A stretch of DNA of 63,201 nucleotides, filler included, from Octopus bimaculoides (lineage: Eukaryota), in the NCBI RefSeq assembly GCF_001194135.2. It is 4 parts of 4 records of this genome, joined end to end, with 100 filler letters (N's around TTAATTAATTAA, not from the genome) between each part and the next. Parts side by side here need not be neighbours in the genome. Positions count along the whole stretch, not along the records: positions 25,600 to 35,258 come from NC_068993.1; positions 35,359 to 52,008 come from NC_068999.1; 2 more parts are not named here. One strand, 5' to 3'. The notes under the pieces are model-generated. The model made no database searches. It was given only the letters and a program-made list of their open reading frames with translations, and had not been told where the DNA came from. Below, piece after piece: positions 27,467 to 39,137 of the stretch. Positions within the stretch are counted from its first letter, which is position 1. The number at the start of each line of letters is the position of its first letter. The translations under genes were made by a program, and so were the position numbers.

Positions 27467-28381
27467 AGCTTGCTGCAGCATTTCTGTCACTTGTGCCTTG
27501 AGTGAAATCCCTGGTCATTCCTGTTTTACCTATCTGAGCAGTAGTCGATACGTCGTAGTCTGTTTGTTCGTATGACGCTGATTGAAAGTCAGTCGAAAAC
27601 ATGGTCGCTGTTTCCGTTGAAACGTCACTGCTGTTGCTTACCGTCGTTTCTTCAGTACTCTGGTCTTGGGTAAAATATGAGGTGCTTTCGTTGTTGGTTG
27701 ACGAGAAAAGGAGACTCGCAGTTGCTGTTCCGTTGTTTGAACTGGAACTTGATTCTGAAATCGGTGAGCTTCTTGTAGCAACGGTACCAGATATTACGTT
27801 TGTCATTCCGGCAGATTTTGTTGTGTGTGATGTACTTGATAAGTATGTGGTAGATTCTGCTCTGGTGTTTACATTTGTAGATAAACTATTTGATGATGAT
27901 GGTTGATTAAATGTTGTCACTGGTAAGCTTGAGAGCGAAATGTCAGAGGCAGCTGAAGTCTGTTTATTGTTTGATGTAGAGGCTGAACTGTTATCTATCA
28001 AAGTTGACTTTTCGCTCGTCGCTGATGTTTTCGTATTTCCTGTCGAATACACGGCGCTACTTGCCCCTGTTGTTTCTCCTTGTGTCACAGATGTTGAATC
28101 CAAAACGGTGCTTATTAACGTTGATTTCCCGCTTGTTGCCGAGATCTTTGTTGTTGAGATCTTTGTACTTCCTGTCGAATACACATCACTACTTCCGCTG
28201 CTTTTTGTGGATGTTGAATCTGATATAGTACTCGTCAAGGTTGATTTCCCGGTTGTTGTTGAGGTTTTTGTACTTCCTGACGAAGAAATCTGACTGCTAC
28301 TTGTCGATGTTCCTTTGCTCGTTGCTACTGTATAATTTTTTCCAAATAAGCAAATAAGGATTGTAACCAACACAAGGGTCA
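27467..28381 (-). CDS. Ser/Thr-rich mucin-like exon of a putative secreted or cell-surface glycoprotein
   Basis: 915-nt stop-free frame between a strong acceptor (tttctttcag| at 28382) and a canonical donor (|gtaagt at 27466). Non-microsatellite S/T-rich sequence with ~2.5 degenerate 33-37 aa repeats (TKTSTTTGKSTLTSTISDSTS / TKISATSGKSTLISTVLDSTS / TKTSATSEKSTLID) and several N-glycosylation sequons (NYT, NSS, NGT, NES). Confidence 0.75.
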
Positions 28382-28454
28382 CTGAAAGAAATTAGAAAAT
28401 AAGAAATAAAGATTAAAATTAAAATGTTATAGAAAATTTTTAAACATGTGTTAC

Positions 28455-28485
<31 letters not shown>

Positions 28486-28573
28486 GTTGTTGTTGTTGTT
28501 GTTATTGTTATTGTTGATGTTGTTGTTGCTGTTATTATTAAGCGGTTCATCCCACATCACCAGTTCTGCTTAC

Positions 28574-28636
28574 CAAAAGTGGCCCACTCGGCACCGTGCA
28601 TTCGTCGCAATGATAACACAACTTATACAGCCGCCT
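28574..28636 (-). CDS. candidate small Cys-rich exon upstream of the mucin-like exon
   Basis: Acceptor ttctttag| and donor |gtaagc; 63 nt; open as (R)GGCISCVIIATNARCRVGHF or RRLYKLCYHCDECTVPSGPLL. Confidence 0.35.
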
Positions 28637-29029
28637 CTAAAGAATTCAGGTCATGTGTTTATAATAGAAAGGATTATATTTTACCAGATATGTCTGTAGT
28701 CCTATAAATTTTTATTTTAAATTTTGACTGCTGTATTCCAAAATGCAGTCATGAATCATTTTTATTTATTTTTTTTTGTTCTATCAAGTCTTCCTTGATC
28801 CTTTAACATCTCATTGAGAATTTTATAATTAAGTCTTACATTTTTGTTGTTGTATTTTCATTTAACTCCTTTTTAAATATTGACCATTTTACTGCGGAAA
28901 TCAGATATATCCACTCAAAATTTCACTACTCTTAACTGCGGAAAGCAAGAACATCCTTCCTGATCAAGTCTACTTTCGCTGTTTTGCCTTCACTGGCCAA
29001 TTTAGTCCGGTGAAACATACAAACGACTG

Positions 29030-29520
29030 ATGAATGTAGATGCGGAGAGAAAGCAACAGTGAGACATGTTCTGTCAGACAGCAGGTTAGCACTAGACAGA
29101 TATACATGGCGTCACAATCAAGTCCTTGGTGTCATAAGCGCAGCGCTCAAGGAGAAGATCGGGGGATATAATAGGGGAGAATACGCAAAAGTGGAAAATC
29201 ACGGAAGGATATACTTCCAGAAGGAGGGAAAAAGACATAAGACCAGGCCTTCAAATAAGATATACGAGACAGACGAAAGATGGAAGGGATACTGGGAGCT
29301 ATCCACGGATTTGGAAAGACTGTTAATATTTCCACTCATAAAAACAACAAAAAGACCGGAAACAGCGTCGTTAGGCGAAGCTGGCAAGTACTTAAGCAGA
29401 ATTGCTGCTTGACAGGTGGGCAAAGGGCGCGATCTCGTTCATTGCGCGCCCTCTTCCCCAATAGTTCGAAGGCTTGTACCACCAGAAGGTTAGTCGGCTC
29501 TGGCTGCTGGAACTGAAACT
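29030..29520 (+). mobile_element. REL-type non-LTR retrotransposon fragment (zinc knuckle region)
   Basis: DECRCGEKATVRHVLSDSRLALDRYTWRHNQVLGVI contains the RYTWRHNQVL motif typical of these elements; downstream KRPET may be the PD-type nuclease remnant. Confidence 0.75.
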
Positions 29521-29798
29521 AACACGACACTGTTAGAGGGTAGGTTTAGAGAGGGCGCTTGCCAAAACTACGCGTCCTTTCCCTCCATTGTTCAGTTGAA
29601 GCTTAGATAGTGTCACGTGACATTTAGCCGGTGCTGGCTGCTGGAGCCTACTGGTGAGTCTTTTAAAGGAAATCTGGCAGGATGGTCATTCGCCCGCTGC
29701 CATTTGTTGACGCTGCATCAAAGAAACCAAAAAACAAAAGACCAAAAAAGAAAAAAAAGAGAAATAAAAAACGCAATCAACACCAGAGCTGAAGACAC

Positions 29799-29908
29799 CT
29801 CCGAAAGTGGGTGAGGGGCACCACGTCGAAAACGGTAGAGGAGTAGGGGCCGAAACTAGACGTGGTTCCTCCTGATGATGTCTTTAGCCACTGGGTCCTA
29901 TAAAGGAG
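29799..29908 (-). CDS. candidate exon (LLYRTQWLKTSSGGTTSSFGPYSSTVFDVVPLTHFR)
   Basis: ccccaacag| acceptor and weak |gtgtct donor; phase 0 in / 2 out, compatible with the flanking candidate exons. Confidence 0.25.
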
Positions 29909-30283
29909 CTGTTGGGGTAAAAAACCACGAAACGTGGTTGGAATTCTTAGCAATCTATTTTTTGTTGAGGAATATCATGTTTGAAGGTACCTTTTGAGGA
30001 GATCTGTCAAGTTTATTGAAGCAACGTGACCAACAGAAAATACGAATTCGGTTTTTGTTGGATATTTAACATTCTTGCCGTAATAACCATGAAATTTAAT
30101 TTCGCACTAAAAGGGTCAATATAATGCATCTTCAATATTCCCTTCTAACTTGCGTGTTGTATTCTATCTAGTTCTCAATTTCTAATTATTTGTAAATCTG
30201 TATTTGGTTTAATCGTTTTATCTTATACCATTATCTAATATGATATTAGTAGTCCTAATTAATTTTTCTCTCGTTCAGGTTAC

Positions 30284-30366
30284 CTTGACGCAATTTCCTA
30301 ATCCGAATTTCACATCATTTCCTCTAGTAAATCCGCGTATTGTCTTGACATTGTCATTTCGTACTT
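30284..30366 (-). CDS. candidate exon ((E)VRNDNVKTIRGFTRGNDVKFGLGNCVK)
   Basis: Acceptor tcttttgtag| and donor AAG|gtaacc; only one frame is stop-free (phase 1 in, 0 out). Confidence 0.35.
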
Positions 30367-31029
30367 CTACAAAAGATCATTGATTATCCTTTCATAACAT
30401 TTGTAACCGATTCCAGTCTACATGAACACACTAATTACTAGTATTAGAGCGTTAGACAGTAAAATGAGTAGGAAGAGAGTGTTATCTTGAAAACTCCCTC
30501 TTCTAACTGTGAGTTTATGTTTATAATTCTCTCTTTTGTTTGCCATGATGCCTTTGGTGTACCAGCTGCTTATTGTTAAGGCTACTTTACTCGTGGCTAA
30601 TATTTCCAGAATCTACTCGTAGTGATTATAGTCATTGAACTTCTGTGAGTCAATCCATGTCTTACTTAAACACCTATTTCTCCTCCTATAAGCTTATGCC
30701 ACATCCCCTGCCCGGTATTTAATGCTTGAGAAATGGCCTTAATTCCAGTTGGCATAGCCAGTTGTTGTTGTTTAACCCTTGGTCACCTTTGATCGGGTAA
30801 ACCTATGATGAAAAGCATTAACATAACATTACCCTGAATACATTATTCTAAGTAATATACATCTTTTAATATACATATTAAGGTGTGGTGTGATTTAGAT
30901 TTTGCTATTATATCTAGCAAGTCAAACCATCACATAAAAATTGCCCGACTGGAATCGGTTCCAAAATATATATATTATTGGTGTGGAGGCGCAATGGCCC
31001 ACTGGTTCACTATAACTGGTTCTGTTACG

Positions 31030-31335
31030 ACCAGCGCAACCACCACCATTACTACACCTAAAGCACAACGCCTACCACTCACTACTAGCGCCACTACCAC
31101 AACCACTATCACACCTACGATTCCTTGTGATCACCACTCTGCCACCACCGATACTATCAGCACCAGCACCATTACCACCAACTCCACCATCATCTACGTC
31201 AAACACGACTGCCACCTCCACCGAAACCACTTCCACCATTATTAGCTATACCTCCACCTACCACCACCACCACACTCACCAACACTGCCACTACCACCAC
31301 CACCGCCTTCCCCAACCACCACCACCACCACTGCC
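31030..31335. repeat. degenerate (ACC)n/(ACT)n low-complexity tract
   Basis: Seen directly. Confidence 0.85.
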
Positions 31336-31369
31336 ATGAGAATACTTTTCAAAAAGCTTTTTTCTTAAG

Positions 31370-31760
31370 ATAACACGAGCAATTTTCGTGGGAGCATTGG
31401 TCGATTGTTAAGATCCCAGTACTTGATGGTCCTTTATCTTATCGACCCCGTGAGAGATTAAAAGCGAAGTTGATTGCGGTTGAATGTGTGAAATTAGAAC
31501 GTAAAGAGCCAGAAGAAATGTTGATTGGCCCTTTTGTCTGACGCGCTAAAGATTTTACTAGTTCGCCATGAAGACCGTTTTTTCTTTCTGCTATAGGTAC
31601 AAAGCCAAAAATTCGTGCGGAAAAGGGTTGATGTTCAACTGGGGCTTATTCTATTGACTCTGAAAAGATGAAGCAAAATCTCAGCGGCATTTGTGCTCAG
31701 AACGTAAAACGGGAAGATGTGTCGCTAAGTATTTTGTATGATGCATTTACGATTCCGCCA
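31370..31760 (-). mobile_element. two tandem decayed SINE copies
   Basis: Repeated ...tcgaccccg / ttgactctg...aattagaacgtaaag / ctcagaacgtaaaac units. Confidence 0.65.
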
Positions 31761-32623
31761 GCTTAACATCAAGGTTTATAGCTAAAACCAAAACAAGATT
31801 GTTCGTTGCTCTTCATTAAAGCCCCTGTTTTTATAACTGGTTTTGTCACAGGAAGAAGGTGAAAGCACACGATCCTTTTCATGCCTAGGAGAAGGAAGAA
31901 AGGAAGCTATTGTCAGACTAGAAACCTAGATTTATTGATTGCAATAGACTGGACCGTTAAAGAAAAGACCCGGGTGTAGTTAAATCACGACTAAATTCAG
32001 TCTTTCACAGTTTCCAGCCTCCAAATTAGCTGAACCCGGGCTTATGGGGAAAAGACAGTTGTCCAAAGTGCAGCTTAATGACACCGAGCCTGAAAACAAG
32101 ATGTTATCTTGGGAAGATAACATCTTAACTACACAACATCCCTGCACCCGTCATTATTTCTTATCCATTATGACAAAAAGAAACTGCAATTCAGATTAGA
32201 TACTAGTTTGCATTGTCCTTCCTTTATGACACTAATCTGATTGATAAAAGCATGAACGGTATACGTTTCTCATATTTTCCCTATGCGTTTTGTAACCTTG
32301 TAACCGTGTAATGCAGGTGCAGAGGTAAGATATAAAGCCACTTGGGTTCACACAGCGTTTAAAGTGGGATACTTTCATATAGACAATTAAGCACTTGATG
32401 AAAATTATAGTCTAGTTTTCCCGTCGTCTGATGTTCGACTAAGGTGTTATATGTTACAGAAGAAAGAAGTATTGACACATCTACTTCAGAGATTCACTTA
32501 AAAATTACTTTTGGGTGTGATAACGAAAATGCATATCATATTTGTGGCTTTCAAAACGACCCAACATTCATGAACAAACAGTGTATTAATCTTATGTTAA
32601 ATACATACATATATACATACATA

Positions 32624-33502
32624 CAAAGTCTTATCAATAAGTATCCAGACTATTGCCATAGTAACGAAACCAAAGCACGCAGAGTGAAACCGCTTGGCAT
32701 AAATTGACCTTGAATAGGGCTGTGCATGTTCACTAAGTTTTAACACTCTAGCTCACTTCCGCTGTTTACAGCAGTGCTTGGAAGGAACGTGTGTAGAGTG
32801 TGATCGTCACATTTACTATGACAGAGAAAGTTGTCATGGAGATACCTGTTCAGAGGCCTACGCAAAGTTGCAGAAAAAGTATGGAGAGGAGTGTATGAGC
32901 CGCATTGAAGTCTACGAGTGGTTCAGACGTTTCCAGCGTGGCTGAAAAAATGTCGATATTGACGAACGTTCTGAGAGACCCGTAGCCAGAAGAACGGAGA
33001 AAAGAAATTGCAGATGTGAGTACAGCTGTGAGGGGAAATCGACGAATCACCATCTGTGAGTTATCAGAGGATGTGCAGTTTAGTTACGGTTCAGTTCAGT
33101 CCATTATCACTGAAGATTTGGGTATGAGACGCGAGTCTGCCAAGATTGTGCTAAAACTGCTTTCAGCTAACCAAAAAGACATTCAGGTTTCAGTTACGCA
33201 CGATCTCCTTGACGATGGAAACTTTTTGAACCCTTTCCGTAGACCCCTGAGCAGGTACCGCCATGCTTTTGGCAAAATTTGATGCAGATTCTCGGCTCAA
33301 CTTTCTCTGTCATGGTCAACAATCACACGCTTTACACCTTCCTTCCAAGCACTGCTGTAAACACGAGAAGTGAGCTAGAACATTAGAACTTAGTGCGCAT
33401 GCACAGCAGAGTTCAAGGTCAATCTGTGCCCAGCGGCTTCACTCTACGTACTTTGGCTTCGATACTATGGCAACAGTCCGGATACTTATTGATCAGACCA
33501 CG
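32624..33502 (+). mobile_element. non-autonomous mariner element with long inverted repeats (foldback)
   Basis: TA on both flanks (32622-23, 33503-04); ends CAAAGTCTTATCAATAAGTATCCAGACT versus rc CGTGGTCTGATCAATAAGTATCCGGACT; internal transposase remnant YAKLQKKYGEECMSRIEVYEWFRRF...DERSERP...RRITICELSEDVQFSYGSVQSIITEDLGMRRESAKIVLKLL (mariner HTH region). Confidence 0.9.
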
Positions 33503-33700
33503 TACATACAGAGGAATGGAAGAATAATGTCGGTAATCCTTTTAAATATGGCCTCGAAGTTGCTGCACAGAAGGGAAACAGTTTTTTCGAACCCGAAACC
33601 TGACATTAATGCATACAACAGCGAACGTTAATCACACTAAAACAAAACACGGGCGTGCGCGCGTGCGTGTGAGTGCGTGCGTATGTGTGTGTGGGCGCGA

Positions 33701-33737
<37 letters not shown>

Positions 33738-35001
33738 CATGCGTATGTCTGTGTATGTGTGTGTGTGTGTGTGTGTACATGCGTGCACGCTGTGTGTGTG
33801 CCTGTGTGAATAAATGAATGAATGAATGAAGGAAGGAAGGAAGGAAGGAACTCCTTTCATATGGGCTTTAGATGGTAGATTACATAAATCAACTCAAATA
33901 TTGCCGAAGATATGCTGGACGCACCTGGGTCTTAAAACGAGATAGTTTCCAGATCATTAAGAATTTGGTTCAAAATTGGCTAGATTATACCGATTGAAGG
34001 TTATTCCAAATCAACGTTGACATCATCTAGTACATTCCGAATGTTTACTTAATTAACATCTCCTTTGGTAACAATATGCGATTTGTTTATTGGATTTTTT
34101 TTTTTTTACAATTTCCACCACAGCCACCATCATATGGAAACGCGGTCTGTAAGACAGACCAAGAAATACTATAGATAATTTTCTTTTCAGTTAGTTGCCG
34201 AATTAGTTTTGTCAGGGAGGTACTATGCTCGTTGGTTTTATTTCTGAATGAGGTAGTATGGTTTTTCCGTCTATACTTGAAACAAGCAGCGGTCGAACCT
34301 ATATGCCTGTATATGGTATCATTCGTATGGTACTGCTAGTCCTTTCTATCGCTTTAATTCTCTCTACACATCTTTAATGCTATAACACCCTTTACTCAAA
34401 ATACCTTTAACCCTTTACATACTTCTACATACGTACATACACCAAAATATATATACACCTCCTCCTTGTGCCCATCTCAATACAAGAATACATTCCTACA
34501 CACGCACAGACTTCCACCCCTTCTTCGTTCTTAAATTCTATCTGGCACTTATCCCCTTGTCCGATTCTTTCTCCTCCAAATAATTTTTACGTTTGCACTC
34601 TCTACTTTTCTATATATATGTTTTCTGATGAAGGATTAATATCCGAAGCGTCATGGCACTTTCCATTGCTTGTATTGTTGTTGATGGTGGTAGCCATCGT
34701 GATAGTAGCGGTAGTATTGGTGTAATTACTACCCAAATCATTTTTGATATAGAAATCTATTGACAAGTCCCTTCAGTTACAATCCTGTCACTTTTTGTTT
34801 AACCAGCACTACATTGTTTCTAAATTGTTACTGTTTTAAGACACTATAGTAAGTTATGAGAGAGACTTCAACTGCTATTTCTAGAAGGTCGAACGACAGC
34901 ATAGAACGTTCTTCATTTTATTGATATATTAAAGCTGTTGCAAATACAACAAAACAGACATGGATTTAGAAAAAGTCAAGATTATGTGACCAACTGGTGC
35001 A

Positions 35002-35042
<41 letters not shown>

Positions 35043-35059
35043 CTCTATCTATCTATCGA

Positions 35060-35258
35060 TCTATCTCTGGAACTTCATTGACGACGGTGAACAGGTGTGG
35101 GCGCCGTTTGTGAGGCACGCCTTCCCGCAGCTCGTCTCACTCACCGAACTGCAAACATGGATCAGGAAGAGACCGAAACTGGGCGATTGGCACCGCGAGT
35201 GTCGCCAAGCTCTGCAACAGCTCTGCCGTCCGGGATCAAACTTGTGCAACTTCCAAAC
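35060..35258 (+). mobile_element. L1/Tx1-type LINE ORF2 C-terminal fragment, truncated by spacer
   Basis: GC-rich open frame LWNFIDDGEQVWAPFVRHAFPQLVSLTELQTWIRKRPKLGDWHRECRQAL resembles the post-RT region of Tx1-like elements. Confidence 0.55.
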
Positions 35259-35358
35259 NNNNNNNNNNNNNNNNNNNNNNNNNNNNNNNNNNNNNNNNNN
35301 NNTTAATTAATTAANNNNNNNNNNNNNNNNNNNNNNNNNNNNNNNNNNNNNNNNNNNN
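35259..35358. other. artificial scaffold spacer (44 N + TTAATTAATTAA + 44 N)
   Basis: Same design as at 25500 and 52009. Confidence 0.95.
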
Positions 35359-35960
35359 ACTTTAAATATATTTAATATTTCAGTTAAGAAGTCTTTTTCT
35401 TTGTCATTTATGTCTCTTATGGCAATAATTACATCATTGATATGATCAAAGAATGTGGAATACATCATTAGTGATAGATGTTTGTTGTTCATTTCCTTTA
35501 GTATGAAAGATTTCAAACTTTGCCTCAAGACTTTCAAAAACAATGTTGTTGTGTGAAGATCAATTGGTTTATTGAGAAAGTATTTGAAGCATTCTTCACA
35601 GGATCCTAACTTTAGACAAATACTGTTTGCATCCTTCTCAATCAGGTCTTGAAATAATTTCAAGTTTAAACAACATATTCTGTGTTTGGAACATTCATGA
35701 GTTCTTGTCCAAGGATCATTTTGAAAATCAAGTTCAAGACTTTTCCATTTTATTTTAGACTTTTTAGCTTTATATTTCTTTCCATCAGAAGACACTGATT
35801 TTGACTGTTGGTTTTTATCAGATTGTTCTGAATTATCTTTCTGAAATTTATTTTGATTCAATTTAACTCCGTCATATTTTGTGTCTGTTGCTAATTTCTT
35901 ATAAATCACATCTGGGGTTTTTTCCGGTAATGTTTTGGATTCTTTATTGTAGTTGTCCAT
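35359..35960 (-). CDS. first coding exon (N-terminus) of a probable second ZNFX1-like gene, truncated by spacer
   Basis: Acceptor ttatttcag| at 35966, ATG at 35960. A charged low-complexity N-terminus is followed by LNLKLFQDLIEKDANSICLKLGS...FKYFLN...LFLKVLRQSLKS...LSLMMYSTFF, which aligns by eye with the recalled human ZNFX1 N-terminal helical region (LGYKFLESLLQKDPSEVVITLATS...LICQVLRKACSS...LGILKNSKFL). Confidence 0.65.
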
Positions 35961-36009
35961 TATTCCTGAAATAACATAAATTATTATATGAGTAATAACA
36001 ATAATAAAA

Positions 36010-36950
36010 GTTTCTGATTTAGGCACAAGGCCAACAATTTTGAGAGGAGAGGATTAATGAATATCATTGACCCATTGGTACTCTATTTCCTTAACCCCAA
36101 AAAGATGAGTGACAATAACTCCTTGTAAAGACACAGAACCTGAAATTTGGAAGAAGGGGTTAGTTGATACTACAGATCCTAGTACTTGACTGATACCTTT
36201 AATTTATTGATCTAAAAGCACAAAAGACAAAGTTGACCTTAGCAGGATTTGGACCCAGAATGTAAAGAACCAAAACAAAAACTCAACATTGTAATGGACC
36301 TGCCAATCCACCACTCTTAATAACTGTTTCTAATCCTCTACCCTTAATAACTGTTTCTAACATAGGCACAAAGCCTGATATTTTCAAGAAGAGGATCAGT
36401 TAATATCCTCAACCCTAGTACATGACAAGTCCTTTATTTTATCAACCTTAAAACAATGAAAGGCACAGCTGAACTTGGTAGAATTTTAACTCAGAATGCT
36501 AAGAGCCAGAACAAATTCTGCAAGGAATTTTATCCAATGCTCTAATGGGTCTACCAATTCTGGCCTCAAATCTTTGGGCACAAAGTCTGAAATTCGATGG
36601 TGGGGGCTTAGTTAATTAAATGAACCTCAGTACTTGGCTGCTATTCATATTTCATCAACCTAAAAAAGGATGCAAGTTAAAATTGCCCTAGGCAAGATTT
36701 GAACATAAAGAGCTAGATGAAACAGCATAAGGTATTTCTTCCAACAGTAAAATGATTCTACCAATCCACTTCCCTTATAATTGCAATAATAACGAGCAGG
36801 TATGGCTTATTTTTAAGAAGTTCTCTTCACAACCATAGGGTTTCAGGTTCTTTTCTGCTATATTGCACTTTGGGCAAGTGTCTTCTACCACAACTGTGGA
36901 CTGACCAATGTCTTGCAAGTGATATTTGGTAAATGAAAACTACAAAATTT
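36010..36950. mobile_element. cluster of about five decayed SINE copies
   Basis: Repeated ggcacaaggcc/ggcacaaagcc starts near 36020, 36363 and 36576, with agttgaccttagcaggatttggacccagaatgtaaag-type bodies, followed by a tRNA-headed copy (ttgggcaagtgtcttctac) at ~36800-36950. Confidence 0.7.
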
Positions 36951-37799
36951 TGTGATATACATGTATATTTATAGTCTGAGTTAAAGATTCAGATGCATAC
37001 TTGAACCCCTTGACACACATACCAACCCCTAACAACTGGTACCTAAATCCCACTCTGTTGGCAATCCCTACTCAGTGTTTCTTTTGTTTTTCTTGAAAAG
37101 GGATATAACTCTTGATGGAATACCATCTATTGACTATCTTCCCCAGCTTCATTTCATCATTTTTTATGGCACCCACAAACCAAATATGACACTTACTCAC
37201 TTCCAATAACAGACTGCAATAGCTATTTTTTTCCATACCTGCCACTCTGATGAGTGTGGTTTAGATAATCTGATTATCTAATATTCTATGCAAAACCATT
37301 TGTTAAGATCAGTTAAATGGATCTATGATACTGTATTCTTTGTTTTATATATATATATATATATATACACATATAAACAGGGTTGGTAAGCTGACGGGTT
37401 GCACCAGATTCCAGTCTGATTTGGCAAGGTTTCTATAGCTGAATGCCCTTCCTAACGCCAACCAGATTGTAATGGGTGCTTTTACATATCACCAGCACAG
37501 GTGCCAGTTAAGTAACAGCTGTATCTGCCATGACTATGATTTCACTTGGTTTGTTGGATCTTCTCAAGCACAACATACTGCCAAAGATCTTGGTCATCTG
37601 TCATTACCTCTGTAAGGCCCAATGCTCAAAAGGCACTTTGTACGTGATACCACCATCAGCCACATTACCTCTGTGAGGCCCAACGCACAAATGGTGCTTT
37701 TTACATGCCACTGGTACAGGTGCCAGTTACATGACACCAACAATGGCCATAACCATGATTTCACTTGATTTGCCAAGGCCTCGGTCACTTAGTCATTGC

Positions 37800-38340
37800 C
37801 TCAGTGAGGCCCAACATTTGAAGATCATGTTTCACCACCTCGTCCCACGTCTTCCTGGGTCTCCCTCTTCCACAGCTTCCCTCCACTGTTAGAGATCAGC
37901 ACCTCTTCAAACAGCTGTCAACATTCATCTACATCACGAATATACTAACACAGTCATCTCCCTTGCACACCACATCTGATGCTTTTTATGCCCAACTTTT
38001 CTCCCAAGATGCTTACACTCTGTTGTATATGCACACTGACATTGCACTCCCAGCGAAGCATACTAGCTTCATTTCTTTCAAGCCTACACATGTCCTTGGC
38101 AGTCACAGATCATGTTTCACTACCGTGCAGCATAGCTGTTTGCACACAGGTATCATACAATCTGCCTTTCATTCTAAGGAAGAGACCCTTTGTTACCTAC
38201 AGAGGTAGGAGCTCTTTGAACTTTGTCCAGCCTATTCTTATTCTAGCAGCTATTCTCTCAGAACATCCACCTCCTCTACTGACTTGGTCACCTAGATAAT
38301 AAAAGCTATCAGCTACTTCTAGCTTCCACCCACCCACTGG
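37800..38340 (-). mobile_element. RTE-clade LINE 3' fragment
   Basis: Minus-strand GSCGRGRPRKTWDEVV, the classic RTE C-terminal motif, with upstream decayed RT-thumb sequence. Confidence 0.75.
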
Positions 38341-38689
38341 CATTTGATGGAGTCTATTTTCTGTATATTTTTAGTGTTTATTGTACCTCTTCACCTTCCA
38401 CACACAAAAACTAGTTTCCCTGTTAACCTTCCTCTGATATTTGCTGCACCTTTTATGTGTCCATAGCTAACAGTGGGTACATCTTATGCAGTTTCTACCT
38501 ATGCCTTTCCTACAGTTCAAGCAAGCCCATCTACCTGAAGGGATATGTGATTTGTCTACTTTCCTACTTACTAAGACTTTGGTTTTTGTTCCAGTCAAAC
38601 TGTCCGACCTATGGATGGTCTGTCTTCACATTGACACCACGGTTTGTCCAACATGGACAACAGATGTTAAATGATGATGATGATGATGC

Positions 38690-38820
38690 AGCTGTGTGGT
38701 AAGAAGCTTCTTTCCCAAGCACATGGTTCCGGGTTCAGTCACACTGTGTAGCACCTTGGACAAGTGTCTTCTACTATAGCCTCAGGTCAAGCAAAGCCTT
38801 GTGAGTGGATTTGGTAAACA
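38690..38820 (+). mobile_element. tRNA-derived SINE 5' part
   Basis: gctgtgtggtaagaagctt...ggttccgggttcagtcacactgtgtagcaccttggacaagtgtcttctactatagcc. Confidence 0.8.
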
Positions 38821-38939
38821 GTTCGAGTTAGCGTGTTGGATTGTTGGTTCTTAAAAGACTGTTGTTACGTTATGTGTGGTTACTGTCATTTGCTTTGATT
38901 CTATTGTTATTCTACTGTTGCAGTGTATTTGTTTATCCA

Positions 38940-39137
38940 TAAGTGCAATGAACCTCTGCAAGATGTGTGGGAAGAGGGTCAAAAGTGTGACTTACATTGT
39001 TAGTGCTTGTGAAAGTTTTGCACAGAAAGAGTACAAGCACAGACACAAGGTAGCCCAAAATCTTCACTGGCTGCTATGCCAGAAATATGGATATGAGGTA
39101 ATGGGTGCTTGGTACCAACATACACCGGAAAAGGTGT
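38940..39137 (+). mobile_element. REL-type non-LTR retrotransposon zinc-knuckle fragment
   Basis: CKMCGKRVKSVTYIVSACESFAQKEYKHRHKVAQNLHWLLCQKYG matches the CxxC..H(I)..C....Y..RH..VA..HW.LC pattern. Confidence 0.75.

Noticed and set aside
27601-28293. Plus-strand Val/Leu-rich ORFs opposite the mucin-like exon
   Set aside because: Antisense shadows of Ser/Thr codon bias.
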